Part shown: positions 1-13,396 of the stretch, piece by piece
How the letters are laid out: every line of letters starts with the position of its first letter
Position numbering within the stretch: position 1 is the stretch's first letter
The notes under the pieces: generated by a model
Database searches by the model: none
Told to the model about the DNA's origin: nothing
What the model saw: only the letters and a program-made list of their open reading frames with translations
Source of the DNA: Phaeosaccion multiseriatum
Taxonomy: Eukaryota > Protista > Ochrophyta, other classes
Assembly: GCA_965112735.1 (NCBI GenBank)
Contig: OZ218956.1
Span: forward strand, 2,108,001 to 2,172,000
Direction of reading: 5' to 3'
DNA length: 64,000 bases
Made by a program: the position numbers and the translations under genes

Positions 1-896
1 AATGGTGGGCTGCGGGAATTCCGTTCTCTCCGAGCGGATGGTAGGGGACGAAGGGGAGGGTTTCCGAAGCGTCATGAACATCGACATCTCCCCGAGTGTA
101 ATACGTCACATGACCGCTCGGGCCGATCGCTTGGGGCTCTCCAAGGCCCTCACTTACAAGCACCTTGACGCTTCGAAGATGGAGGGGCTTGAGGAGAGTT
201 CGTTCGCCTCGGCGGTGGATAAAGGCACCTTGGATGCCGTACTGTCGGGCAGCAGGCGGACTGCGCTTGCCATCTGTGGGGAGGTGATGCGGGTGCTCAG
301 GTGAGAGGAGGGCGGGGAGGAGGTTGGGGGGTGGGAGGAAGAGTCCTTCCTTCCTCATTGCCTCACCACCATCCGATCCAGGTGGTTGGGAGGTGGGAGA
401 GGGGGGAGGAGTAGGCGGGGGGGGCGAAGAAGAATAAGAAGGGGAGGAGGAAAAGGACAGAGGGGGGGGGCAGAAGAGAGAGCATTGTGGGTGATGAGGT
501 GGAATGTGTGTGTGTTTCATGTGTAGAGAGAGTCATCATTCTCACATCGAGCAAGCACGCAGCTACCGACGACCGAACTCTCTCCCTCCCCCCTCCCCCA
601 CCTCCCCTTAACCCATGGACACGTACACTCCACACTCACTACGCACCCACACACCGCGCCGCACCTCCTTAGGCCAGGAGGCAAGTTCATCATCATCAGC
701 GGCAATGTACCCGAGCAATACCTCTCTCTCCTGGCAGAGGGCTGTCGGCCACCATCCGACCAGGGCCAGCAGGGCAAGGGCAAGGGCAAGGGTAAGCACA
801 AGGCGCCTCTGATTTCGTCCGAGATCCTTGAGACAGACGTCGGAGACAAAGCCTACGCGTACATCATCACCAAGCCTCTCCAGACCGCCCACCAGG

Positions 897-934
<38 letters not shown>

Positions 935-1396
935 GAGGGAAGTAGGGACTCCGTTGGGATGGACGAGGGGGCGAGAAGGGACAGGGAGAAGGAGGGCGGA
1001 GTAGCGAAGGAGGGGGTGAAGGCCGAGGTGAAGGGAGGAGGAGGGGGAGAGGGAGAACAAGCTCCTTCTTGTCCGAGGAGGGAGGAGGGAGGAGGCCGAA
1101 ACGAAGACGAAGACGAAGAAGATGACGACGACGACGACGACGAAGAAGATGATGACGAGGACGACGACGACGAAGAAGATGGTCTGAGAGGGTCTATGGA
1201 GCTTCGACTTCTCCCACTGCAGAGTGGTGCGAGTGACGGGAGCGACAGGGGTGCCGATCCGTCGCCTCCTGCGCATGACGGCATCGAGTCCATTCGAATC
1301 GGATATTCCTTTCCCGCAGCCTCACCACCGCCCCAGCCGGGTACGTCTGTCCTTCGTTCCTTATGTAGCCCCTCCTATGCCCCCCCCCCCTCCTTC

Positions 1397-1461
<65 letters not shown>

Positions 1462-4400
1462 CTCTATCCTTCCTTCCTTCCTTCCTTCTCTCTTCCCTTG
1501 CCTCTTGTCTCCCCCCACCCATCCGCCCCCTCCCCCTTCTCCGTGTCACTCACCCGCGTACGTGTCCTCTCCTCTCACCTCACCACCCCACAAACACAGC
1601 ACAAGCGGATGCAGCGGCGACGTCCCCGGCCCAAGCCCCCCCGCTTCGCCGCTGCCGTGTAGGGCGTAATGACGACTACCTCGCTCTGTACGACCGTCCC
1701 GACGCCCCCCTTGATGACTATTGGGATGTTGAGTACCTGCCTGACTCGGCAGTGGGCCTGAGTCAAGGCGAGGTGGTGATGCGCCTGCCCAAGCAGACTA
1801 GCCGCACCCCCTTCCCTAAAGGGTTTACGGTCAAGTTTATTAGCGGCCGCAAAAGACGACAGCAGCAGCAGCAGCAGCAGCAGCAGTTGGTGATACAGCA
1901 GCAGCAGGGTGAGGCGGGAGAGGCAGGGGAGGGGGAGGGGGGCGGGCTCGAACCGCTGTCCGTGCTTGGAGTGGTGTATATCCCGCCCTCGCCCTTACCT
2001 GTCTCGGTCTCCGCATCGTCGAAGGCAGGGTCTGTTGGAGAAAGTGCCACACTGTGCACTAGTACTCCCCAAAGCACTGGCACTGGTACTGGCACTGCAC
2101 TCTTTCAGGCGCCGGATAAGATGTTTGTAGAGCAGCAGGTCAACTTGGGTCTGTATCAGCTCTGCATGTCCAAGCCGATAGGGTGGGCCGTGAGGGGTGT
2201 GAGGGTGTGGAGCGCCGCCCCGGGCTGCTGCGCGGCTGAGTTTAAGTGTTGGAGAAAGGGGAAGAGGGGGAGGAGGGCGGCAGTGGCAGGGGCAGCAGTT
2301 GGTGATGCAGAAGAAGTATCAGAAGTAGAAACAGAATCAGAATCAGAATCAGAATCGGAAGAAGAGCGGACCTACCGCAAGTACTTCCGCGTGCACAAGG
2401 CGAAGGCGGTGGACACCGAGAACGCACTGTGCACATCACAGGGAGCGGCGGATGACTGCGTCGTGGTGCGTGTGCCTTACTCGGGCAGACTCACACTGCT
2501 TGACCGCCTCGAGGGGAGGACAGGGACAGAGCTGCCGGGAGGAGAGGGGGGGGGGGAGAAGGAGCAGCAGCAGGAGGAGGAGGAGGAGGAGGAGGAGTTG
2601 GGGGAGGAGGAAGAGCTCGAGGTTGTGGGTGTGTCATGTCGCTTCTGCGGACACGCGTTGATGAAGGAGGGGAGCCTGAAGAAGACGCTGCGGCTGCCTG
2701 TGGGGAGGTTCGACGACGTGATTGAGGACATGGTGTGCTATGAGGGCCGCACGGCCACACCCATGACGGCAAGGGAAGTGCGCTTCGCGAGGAGGGGGAG
2801 GTGTCTCGTGGGGGAGTCCTTCTTGCTCATGCACAAGGTGAGGAGGGGAGGGGAGAGGGAGAGGGAGAGGGAGAGGGAGAGGGAGAGGGAGAGGGAGAGG
2901 GAGAGGGAGAGGGAGGGGAGAGGGGAGAGGGAGAGGGGGGGAGAGGGAGAGGGAGAGGGGAGAGGGGAGAGGGGAGGGGAGAGGGAGAGGGGGGGGGGGT
3001 GACCTTTCCCGTCCTATCCTGTCCTGTTTTGTCATGTCCTAGCTGTCCTGTGCCTCTGTGTGCAGTGCCCTCTTCGACGATGTTTCGAAAAGTGTCTATA
3101 TAGAACCTTCCGTGAATCGCTCCGTCCCTCCGCTCTTCCTCCTCGGCACCCGTACCTCCAGGGAGATGCTGTACAAGGGGCCCTGAGCAGCAATGTGTCT
3201 GGCGAGTACAATCACGTTGCTCTGGGGGAGAGGGAGGGCAGTGAGGTGTTCTGCGGAAGGTGTGCCACTCCTCTCGGGGCGGAAACCCGAGACGCGCACT
3301 CCGTTCAGGAGCAGCAGGGGGAGGGGGAGGTCGATGCCGCTAGGGTTAGTGGGATGTTGACGGCTCCGGGCCTGATCTTCCTCAAGCATCGGATCTTGGG
3401 CCAGGCGAAGCAGATGGTGAAACAGCAGAAGAAGGGACAGCAGAGGGTTGCTTCGGTACTTGGCGCTTTACCCGATCTGTCCGCTTTGGCTGAAGAGCTT
3501 GGTCAGGCTGCTGCTGCTGCCAATGCTACGGCTGCTGCTGCTTCTTCGAGCGGAGGACATGATGGGGTTGGAGAAAGAGGGGAGAGGCTGGAGGAGGGGG
3601 CAAGGGAGAAAGAGAGGCAAGAAGCCTTGCTACTAGCGGCAACCGTCCGAGGGTTGGAGCGTGTCACATGCAGCGTAGGAGGGGGAGGAGGAGGAGGGGG
3701 GGGGGGGCTTCGAGAGGTGTTTAGTCACTTCACGACGACTCATTGGCTTATGCGAGAGGTCTTGTCCGGGGTGGAGGCGGAGAACTGCTTCCGCTTCCGT
3801 GTCGGGGTTGGAGGGTGGGCCTCACACAAGACGCTCCGCCTGAGAGTGTTGAGCGCTGACTGCCGAGTGTCCATGAATGCGGATGAGCTTCCGCGGAGGG
3901 CAATCAAGGTCAGAGGCAGGGTGGGGGGGATGAGCGGATGAGGGAGTGAGGGGGGTGAGGGGGAGATGATAGGCACCCAAATTGCACGTGCTCCTTTCTG
4001 CCCCACCCGACACCCGGTACTGTGCCTACTTACTACTTACCCGTCCCCAACCGCCCTCGACTGACCCGACGTCCCCCTTCCCCCCCCCCCCCTACCTTTG
4101 CCCTCTGCTCTCTCGTGCTGACTTGGGAACGAAACCAAAGGTGAGCTTCAAGGAAGAAGCGGCAAGTGCGAGTGCCCTCGGGGGAGGAGGGAGCGCTATG
4201 CCTGTACCTCCTCCTCCCTCCTCACCAGGGGATAGCCACGACCACAGCCACCACCACCACCACCACCACCACCACCAGCAGCAGCAGCAGCAGCAGCAGC
4301 AGTTACAAGAGCAGCAGTTGGTGATACAGCAGGCGGCGGTGCGGGTGATACATGTGCGTCCCGAGGAGTACGCTGCCGTGCTGCAGCATCTGCGGCGTGC

Positions 4401-4473
4401 ATCCAGTGCCATCCCTGAAGTGGTGCAGATGGTGTGCTTGAAGGAGAGGGCGCGCCTGTCCTACTTGTTTTGA
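1..4473 (+). CDS. Multidomain protein, 5'-truncated by the window: class I SAM methyltransferase (EEF1AKMT4/METTL13-like) + SKICH/Ig-like domain + UBE3D/Ipa1-like (HECT_2) domain
   Basis: Phase-compatible GT-AG exons <1-300, 673-1340, 1663-2837, 3162-3908, 4141-4473. MTase motifs VGCGNS, NIDIS, DKGTLDA, RVLRPGGKFIIIS. The segment DDYLALY..DDYWDVEYLP..GEVVMRLP is Ig/SKICH-like. SCRFCG..LRLPVGRF..MVC..GRCLVGESFLL and VFCGRCATPLG resemble UBE3D. Confidence 0.7.
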
Positions 4474-4535
4474 ACCCTTTTTGCACTTTTAAGTGTTGGA
4501 AGTATTGCACGCTCGGCACAGGGCCTGCACAGGGC

Positions 4536-4591
<56 letters not shown>

Positions 4592-5438
4592 CCCTCTGTT
4601 CTACTCTGACCTCGCCATGAAGCACAGAGGCACCACCGCATCGAAGCATGAATCTAAAACTGCGGGGAAGACGCATTAAAATCTCAAAAATCTCTCGATG
4701 TATACATATATTGGCTTGCTTCCGCTTCTTATATAGTGGACTCTTTTGGTCAGCCGTGACTGATTCCCCCACCGCCGCCAAAGAACCCAACCACTCTATC
4801 GAAGCCACTGACTTACTACCACTTGAAAGGCCCACCGAGCCCCCCCCCCCTTGCAGAGGATGTTTGCCACCACACGCAAGAGAGAGACAGAGAGAGGGAA
4901 ACCTGGGGTACCCCCCCCCTCCTTTCCACTCCACCTTCGCCCAAAACGTCCATCAAGTGTTTTGGCGAGGAGGAGAGTGGGTGGTGCTGCGGCACAGGGA
5001 TTCAATCCGTTTCTCCCCGTCCGTCCGCACTCACACGCGCACGGACGGATTCACATACATACATACACACACACGCACGCATACACACACACGCACACAC
5101 ACACACACTCACATATACACACATATACACACATACCCAGGGGCACACACTGATGGCCGCGGTCCCCACCAACCCCCCTCAGAAACCCTCTGAGGTACGC
5201 TCAACGTCTTCTCTCTCTCTCTCCTTGTACTACCTCCCCTCCTGTCTCCCTTTGTATATATCCCCCATCGTCGCCGCTATGTCTAGTGAGCTCTTGACAG
5301 CCGCTATATCACGTGTCTCTACTGAGCTCTTGTGCGCCCCTCTCTCCTTTTCCCTCCCTCTGTCTATATCCCCCCTCCTGTACACCACACCCTATTGGAA
5401 CTCGAACTAGTGAGTGTCTCCTCCACTTCACTCAGCTC

Positions 5439-8400
5439 TCAGCGAAAGTCTACTGGTGGCCTCCCCACCCCTCCTCCCTGCTGGTGCACGGCCATGGTCC
5501 GACCCTCTTCGGGGGCAAGCCCCTGTCCCCCCCCGGGGGCATGAAGGTGGTGAGAACCGCCCATGCCAACCACACCAGCAGCAGAGAGGTGAGGGTGCTG
5601 TCCTACACCCCCAACTCCCCCTATACCCACACCTGGTGTGTGGTACTGCTGGAATGGCGACGACCCCTCCATGGCCATACCACCAACGCCCACACCAAGA
5701 CCCACGCTCACACCAAGCCCCCCTCCCCCATGATGCCCTCCACCTCCTCCTCCTCCTCCTCCTCCTCCTCCGCCTACCGCTACTCCTCCAGCATGGGAAG
5801 AAGAAGGTGCTGCCGCCGCCGCCGCCGCCGCTGCTGCTGCTGCTGCCACTGCTGCTGCTGTGTGATCAACCGCCCCACCACCTCCTCCTCCTCCTCCTCC
5901 TCCTCCTGCCAAGCCCATTTGATGCTCCATTGGGGGCATCAAGTGCTGTGGCACCCCTGACCGTATCCCTCTCCCCATAGCCATGGGCCCCATGTCCAAT
6001 CCCCCCCCCATTCCCATTTGCCCCATGGTTTGCATTGGCACGGACGCCATCTGCCCACCTGCCATTGGCATTGGCGACCCCATTGGTCCCGGGGAAGAGT
6101 GGCGAATGGGCACGGAGGAGAGCGCCATGAGCGCTGCGGTCATGTGAGCGTACTCTACTCCTCCTCCCTTATCGCCACCCGCCGCACCACCTGGTCCTCC
6201 TCCTCCTCCTCCTCCTCCTCCTCCTCCTCCTCCTCCTCCTCCTCCTGCCGCTGCTGCCGCCGCTGCTGCTGCCGCCGCTGCTGCTGCTGCAGTCCTGCCA
6301 ACCCCTCCCCCCCTTCCCCATCCGAATGGATTCTGTTGGTATGCCGTACCGGAGCCTGCTAAGGGAAACCCCATCCCTCCTCTTACCCCTGCCGCTGCTG
6401 TTGTGTGCCCAACCACTGCCCCTCCTCCTCCTCCTCCTCCGCCATCTGCTTCCATCTTGGCCGTCTCCGCCGCCGCCAGCTTCGCCGCCTCTGAATCATG
6501 CATGCCTGGAGGGGGAGGGGGAGGAGGAGGAGGAAGAGCAGCGTATGAGAAAGTGGGGAGGGAAGGGAGTGGGGGCACACGCAGAGAGAAAGGGGTCACA
6601 GTTGGCGTGTACTACTTACCGCAGAGCGTGGAGGTGGGGATGCTCATTCTTGTGCAACCTGACGCGGCGCAGCGTGTGCGCTTACGGAGGTTGATCATGC
6701 CCGGCTCCTTGTGGGTGTTGCATAGGGTAGGCTTGCCTCCCACGGGGCCGAAGAAGGAGTGCCGGTCGCAGTCGGTAGCGCTGCAGCGGCGGCTGATTCG
6801 ATTGATCATGCCTTCCGTCTGCAGTCATGACGACGGCGACGAAGGGAAGCAATAGCAACAGCAGCAGCAACGAGATCAGCAACAGCAACAGCGGCAGCAA
6901 CAAGTGGGGTGGACGCCTACATCTGGACACGAGAGAAGAGACTCACTTTCTCGTCCCTGCCTCCCTCCCTCTTACCCCATACCTTGTGGTGAGAGCAAAA
7001 CCGCGGCCTCTCATCTGGATACCCGTAGACAGGATGTCGCATGCACCCATCGGTATGACACCGCTTAGACACAAGGTTGATCATGCCCGGCTCTTTGTGA
7101 AGGTTACACAGCCTGGGCTTGCCCCCCTTCCTGCCGTACACGGGGTATGTCACACATCCGAGCGCTTCGCATTTCCGCTTGTTCATCACGTCTACCATTC
7201 CCTCCGTCTGTTTGTGTGTATGTGTGCGTGTGTGTGTATGTGTGTGTGCGTGTGTGTGTTTGGAGGAGGGTGTTAGGACAGGAGGAGGACGTGTTAGGAC
7301 AGGAGACAGAGGTGTGGAGTGTCTGTGAGGGTGTCAGGACAGGAGAACAGAGGTAGGCGCAGACGTGAGTGGGTGCGGGCGGTGGGGGGTGTGGGCACCG
7401 ACTGACTGGCCGACCGATTGATCTTTGACTGATTGCACTAACCTTGTGCTCGTTGCAACACAGGGGCAGCCTGGAAGAGGCCGACCCGAAGAAGGGGGTT
7501 CGATCACAGCCCTCGGCTCGGCACCTCCGGTTCTTCACATCGTACATGCCGGGCTCCTGAGCCGTCGTCAGTCAGTCGTTGACACATGAGGGGGGGGGGG
7601 GGAGAGAGAGAGAGAGAAAGGAGAGAACGAGAAAGAGGGGAGAGAAGGGAGAAGATGAGGGGGGGGGGGGGGGGGTGCGGCAGAGATCAAGGTCAGTCAA
7701 ATGAACTACCCTCACTCAGATCAGTTCCTCGATTCCTCGAGACTTTGTCATTTGTAGACTCCAAGCGAAAACTCAAACTCAAACTCACCTTGTGGACGGT
7801 GCAGTGTGAGGCTCTCGATATGTGCTCTCCCCACTGCGGAGCGTTGGCACACGTGCCGTCCCCTCCCTGGAAGATGGCAGTGGGTGGCCATGGGCGGCAG
7901 TGGATGGCAGTGGATGGCAGTGGATGGTCAGACGGGACACACATCATAGCTGTCGTCAGGCACACACTCCCTTCCTCCCTCCCTGCCTCTCTCACTCTCT
8001 CACTCTCTCTCTTCCTCCCTCCCTCCCTCCCTCACTCACTCACCACACAATATCTGGGCAGGATAACGATCATATCTGGGCCCTTGTGGGCGGCACAGGC
8101 CAATCGCACCCCCTGCGCTTTATAGCCGTACTTGGCACGGTAGGAACAGCCTTTGGTGGCACAGATGGCGCCAGATCGCTTCCCAGGCGGGGACGAGCCG
8201 GCGTTTTCAGTGGTTGCATTACTGACGGTGATGACGGAGGGGGGTGCACACACACACACACAGAGAGAGAGAGGGAGAGGGAGAGGGAGAAAGAGAGAGA
8301 GAAAGGGAGAGGGGAAGAGGGAGAGAGAGATACGACACACAGCCACGCTTAGTAGGAAGACAACCAACACGCGAAGAAGCCTGAGCGAGCCAAAAGCCGT

Positions 8401-9126
8401 TGGAGAGAGAAAAAACAAAAACCAAAAAAAGAGAGAAAGAAACCAGTGAACAAACCCACAAGCCCTTCTCTACCTGGCGCCGTCGGATTCCTTGGAGTCT
8501 TTCTCCCTTGCAGGGCTGCTAGCGGCGGGTGTCGATGTTGACGTCAACTCGACCGAACTATGGCAGCTACTGCCCCTGCTGCGGCTGCCAGAGGCTACAC
8601 CCCCGGCCTCATCGGTACTTGCCCCGACGTGAGATTCTCCCCTGGACATGTCTTCTTTGCCTGCTGTATCACCAACTGCTGCTGCTGTTGGTGTTGTTGT
8701 TACTGCTGGAGGTGGAGTTCCCTCTGTTGCCGCCAACTGCGAGAGAGGAGAGAAGAGGAGAGAGCAAGCGGAATCGGAACGGGCACATGTCAGCCACTCA
8801 CCAAAGGGTGGTGAGAGGTGAGTGTTCTCTCAGAGTGCGGCGAAGGACGCTGAACGACAACGACAAGGGGGAAGCAACAAGAACAACAAGCGAGCAAGTA
8901 CACGAAGCAAACGCCTCCCTTCTAACCTGATCCATCACAAGAGAGGGAGGGGGAGTAGGGGTGGTGCTGCCGGACTGATGCCCCTGATCCCGCTGCGACG
9001 CCAACAACCCCTGGACGGGGCTTCCCCGCTGCTGCTGAGAAGGGATATGAGGGAGGAGCAAGTGGGCAGGGCCGGCGCCGGTGCCTCCTCCTCCTCCTCC
9101 TCCTCCGTACACCACTCCCAGCTTCT

Positions 9127-9166
<40 letters not shown>

Positions 9167-9628
9167 GTGGTGGTGGTGGGCTGCGTGCGTGAGCTGTTCG
9201 GGTAGGGAGGAAGAGACCCCGAGGCCGCCGGTAGTGCCGGTGTGAGTGATGCTCGTGCTGGCCGTGCTACCGTCGCAGTCCCCTCCCATATGCTGCGGTT
9301 GACTGGGTGAGGAGCCCAAGCCAGACCCCGAGCCCCCGAGAGGATGATAACCACCCCCACCCCCACCCCCACCTGGAGGAGGAACAGGAGTAGCCGGCGA
9401 AGACGCAGCTGAGACAGGGCCTGGTACAGGAGTAGTGCACACGCGCGTGCCCATCGGATACCCCCCCAGGCGCTGGAACGCGTCCGTGGACGTGGACTTT
9501 GCAGAGGCTGCTGTAGAGGCCGAGAGTAGCGTTTGGTAGTGTGCTTGGGCCTCGAGGGCTCGCCTTTGGGCCTCGTGCAACTGCTGCTGCATCAAAGACT
9601 GATACGCCTGCTGGTGGGCCTGCGTCTC

Positions 9629-9661
<33 letters not shown>

Positions 9662-12405
9662 ATGCTGTTGCTGCTGTGCGTGTAACAGTGTCATGGGCGG
9701 CTTGTTCCCCCTCGCTGCCCCGCCCTCTGCCGTTCCCGCTGGTGCTGCCGTCGGAGGGGGAGGGGTAGAAGACGAAGTGGGAGGAGCTCGCAGCATGAGC
9801 GAGTCCAGCCCGGCGCCGCGGGGAGGATACGGCAAAAAGGCACTCCCGAGAGGCGGTGCCGAAGCTGGGCGGTAGTCGCTCTTCCCATATGCCTGCTGCT
9901 GCGGCTGCGTCTCCTGTCGTTGCTGCAAGAACTGCGCCTGGAATAATGCCTCATGACTCCCCCCCACCCCCTCTCCTCCTGCTGCTCGTCCTCCTCCTCC
10001 TCCTCCTCCTCCTCCTCCTCCTCCTCCTCCTACCGCCGCCGTCGCCGCCGCCGCTGACGCCCCCGCCACGACGGCCGCCGCAGTCGCCTCAGTAGCCTGC
10101 CTCTTGGCCTGCTGCAGCATCACCAACTGCTGCTGTTGCTGCAATGTCGACTGACTCTGCTGAGCCTGCTGAGCCTGCGCCACCGCCAGCGCCTGAGAAG
10201 CATGCGCAGCGGCCTGAACGGACTCCGCCTCGAGATGTTGGAAGCGCTGCAGCTGCTGCTGATACTGCAGTTGCGTGGCCGGGGAGTGTGCAAAGGCGTG
10301 CATTGCCGCTGTGGCCTGGGACTGTGCATGAGCCACCGAAGCCTTCGCCTCTGCTTGTGCCACTGCTCGGGCCTGGACTAACGCCTCCGCCTCGCGCACT
10401 GTCTCTGCCAAGGCTGCCGCCGCTTGCTGCCGTATCACCACCTGCTCCTGCTCCTGCTGCTGTTGTTGCTCTTCCTGCTGCTGCTGCTGCTGCCGCTCCT
10501 GTTGCTCCTGCTGTTTCTGTTGATGCTGCTGCTCGTCTACGCTCTCCTCCCTGTCCTCCTTCCGTATCTGATCCGTGTTGCTGCCTTTGTCTCCCACCGA
10601 AGCTGAGTCCGCCATGCCCTCTGTGCTGCTGCTGCTGCTGCTGCTGCTGCTATTGCTCTTGCTGTCGTTGTCCTCGTAATCCTTCATGCCTCGCCCGCCC
10701 CCCCTGCCCTCCTTCTCCTTTCGCTGTGGAGATCCACCCCCATCCGCATCCTTCCCTCCTGCACTATCGCTATTGGCGTCGCCGCTAGTGCCATTGATCT
10801 GAGGTCGTGTCTCTTCTCCCGGATGAGGCCGCTTGCGTGAAAAGGCCGACGACAACCCCCTTCCCCCCTCTTTTGCAACCTCCGCTTGCGTTCCTCCTAT
10901 TTTCCGCCCTTCTCTTCCTTCCTCCTTTCCTTCCTGTCCATCCTCTAGTTCTTTAGCCTTGGATCCCCCTTCTTTTATGCCTGGTTTGTCTCGCTGATCT
11001 GATGCTTCTTCCGCTTCCTCTAGATTTCGAGCACCTGTACTACCCGCCTGTCTCAGAGACTGTTGCTCGAGAGTACCTGCCCCTCCTATTCCGATCGTGA
11101 TTCCTTCCGCGGCTACGCCTCCCTCGCGTGGCGAAACGCGCGGCGAAATGCTTCCTACTTCCACAGGGCGAACACCGCCTGACGCCAGACTCTTCTCCTT
11201 CGCGTCGCTCGCTGTGGCACCTTCTTCTGCTCCTCCTCCTCCTCCTGCTGCTCCTGTTCCTGCCCCTGCTGCTTGCTTTCGAACACCGGCAGCTGCATCA
11301 GAGGCGGAGGCAAACATCGGCACCGCTCCTCCTTCCTCCTTCAACGCCACCCCACCCTCAGCACCACTGCCGCTACGGCTCATCCTCTCAGCAGCATGGT
11401 CTTGCTGCTGCTGTTGTCGTTCATGCTGCATCACCAACTGCTGCTGATGCTGCTGTATGGCCACCACCTGCTGCTGCTGTCGCTGCGGATGCAGTGGGCG
11501 GTAGTGGTCACAGCTGGCGGGCCGGGGCGGTGGATGTAGAGTCAAAAGGGATTGCTCTCTGCGCTGCTGGTGGGCCGATAGAAGCTCATCCCCTGGCAGA
11601 GGTTCTGCCTCGCCCTCGCCATAATGAGTCGCCCCACCCGCAGGAGGGGTGGAGGACAGGAACGACCACGAGCCGAGCGCAGACACGGCTCGCGCGCGCT
11701 TCTTGGCATGCTGCTGCTGTGGGGGCATGCCACCGCCGCTGCTACCGCCGTGGCTGCTGCAGCTGCTATCCGTGCTCACCGCGTAGCCAGGGCTGCCGCC
11801 TGGAACCTTGTGATGCAGAGTTGTGTCGCCGCCGGCGAGGGCCGCAAAGGCGTTTGTGTGCGCCATCGGGTAGGAGGATGCGACTGCCGGTGCTTGCGCT
11901 TCTCGTTGCGATGGTGATGGTGATGATGATAGCCCTAGTCCTGACGCTTGCGCTGACGTTGTCGAGGGTGGTCCTGTCATGCTGCCTGCCCCAGGCAAGA
12001 CGCTGCCATTGCCATTGAGGCTGCTGCACCTGTTCACGGCCTGCATGTGCGCGGCCCCAGTATGTGCAAGGAGGTCTGCGTGAGTCAGCCCCGCCGGGGA
12101 GTACAGCGCGGGGCCGACGTAGTGGCTGGGGTACGGGACAGGAGGAGGCGGTGCCTGCTGATGTTGCTGCCGATGAGCTGCCCCCAAGAACCTAGCCTCG
12201 TGCTGCGAGGGCGGGCCCACGGGGTAGTGCGCTGCCATATCTCCCTTATTAAACTGCTGCTGCTGGTGTTGTTGCTGCTGCACTCGGTATCTCTCCGCTG
12301 CGGCAGCTCCCACCACTGCCTGGGCTGCGGCCAACGCATTGGCCGGCTGTTGACCCCAGTTAGGATACGACCAGAGGGCTCCCCCCCCCCCTTCTCCTCC
12401 TCCTC

Positions 12406-12442
<37 letters not shown>

Positions 12443-12556
12443 GCCCGCCTGCTGGTGCACTCCGTCCTGAACAGGCGCCGCGCCATAAGCTCCCTGACCG
12501 GGCCCACCAAAGGCAGACATGGACGGATGGATAATCTCACCGACCCTACCTGGCAT
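5439..12556 (-). CDS. Large low-complexity (Q/A/G-rich) protein with about 7 EsV-1-7 cysteine-rich repeats
   Basis: Exon 1 about 8927-12556 (alternative ATG 12520), exon 2 8474-8736, then small exons between about 6620 and 8230 encoding C-x4-C-x3-P-x-[YF]G-x7-C-x2-HK-x2-M units (e.g. CEALGCVTYPVYGRKGGKPRLCNLHKEPGMINL, CHTDGCMRHPVYGYPDERPRFCSHHK). Last exon about 5439-6505. Confidence 0.8.
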
Positions 12557-13140
12557 CCCTTGCGTCAGTGCTCTTGCAATGTCATCGCTGCTCGATTGAA
12601 CTGGCAACCAAGGTATCTTCCACTTGATCTGCCACCCAAACTCCCTCCCCCGCTGCCGCCCTACACCTAATCCTCCAAGGACTCGTTGCACGTGACCTTT
12701 GCTCCCCACGGGTAAGTTTGATAAGTTTCGAGTTACAGGCTCCTGGGGGGTAGGAAGTAGGAGATAAAAAAAAAAGCCTCCACCAAGACCAAGAGTGCCT
12801 ACACAAGCAAACCGACCTTCCCTACCTCTGCCGCTTGGTCATGGCGTCCAAAAAAGCCTGTAATTTATTGTCTTGCTTTTGGTCAGAGAAGACTAGGGGG
12901 GCGGGTCGGATTATTCGAGTTTTAAGGGTCACGTCCGAGAATTTGAAAAACCGCTCGGGGGGGGGACGCCATTCAAGCCACACATACCGAAAAAAAAAAA
13001 AAAAAAGGGAGAGAGATAAATAATGCGACAAAGTGCCCCATGACGTGCTCCCCTTTTTTCCTCCGGCCTGCCTACGTAGTGGCCGCCAGCCAATCAGCCG
13101 AGGACCTCGGGCCACCCTTTCGATCTTCATCACCGCCCCC

Positions 13141-13216
13141 TATCGCCGGCGCGCTATCCGCCATCGCCGGCGCCAGCCGGCACGCTGTCCGCTATCGGCC
13201 GGCGGCCGATAGCGCC
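13141..13216 (+). mobile_element. Partial copy of the MITE family (internal GCTATCCGCTATCGCCGGCGCCAGCCGG core, no clear TIR)
   Basis: Shares the core and the GCTATCGGCC..GGCCGATAGCG hairpin with the copies at 29252 and 56298; inverted relative to the copy at 13288-13396. Confidence 0.65.
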
Positions 13217-13287
13217 CTACCCATTTCCCCCATACTTTTGACGCTTACCTCACTACTTCCTCACTCGATACTGATGAACTCAACAAA

Positions 13288-13396
13288 TCCACCCCTGATA
13301 CAATATCGCCCACATTCTCGATAGCGCGCTATCGGCCGGATTGCGTGCCGGCTGGCGCTGGCGACAGCGGATAGCGGATAGTGTATCAGGGGTTGA
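13288..13396 (-). mobile_element. MITE, short copy with 6-bp TSD AACAAA
   Basis: Termini TCCACCCCTGATACA...TGTATCAGGGGTTGA; AACAAA at 13282-13287 and again at 13397-13402. Confidence 0.8.

Noticed and set aside
1886-1896. Resemblance of GTTGGTGA to bacterial Chi (GCTGGTGG) or of TATCACC to lambda operator half-sites
   Set aside because: Short partial matches in a eukaryotic context; most likely coincidental.
6600-8260. Endogenous giant-virus insertion suggested by EsV-1-7 repeats
   Set aside because: The gene has host-type introns and composition, and no viral core genes are present in the window.
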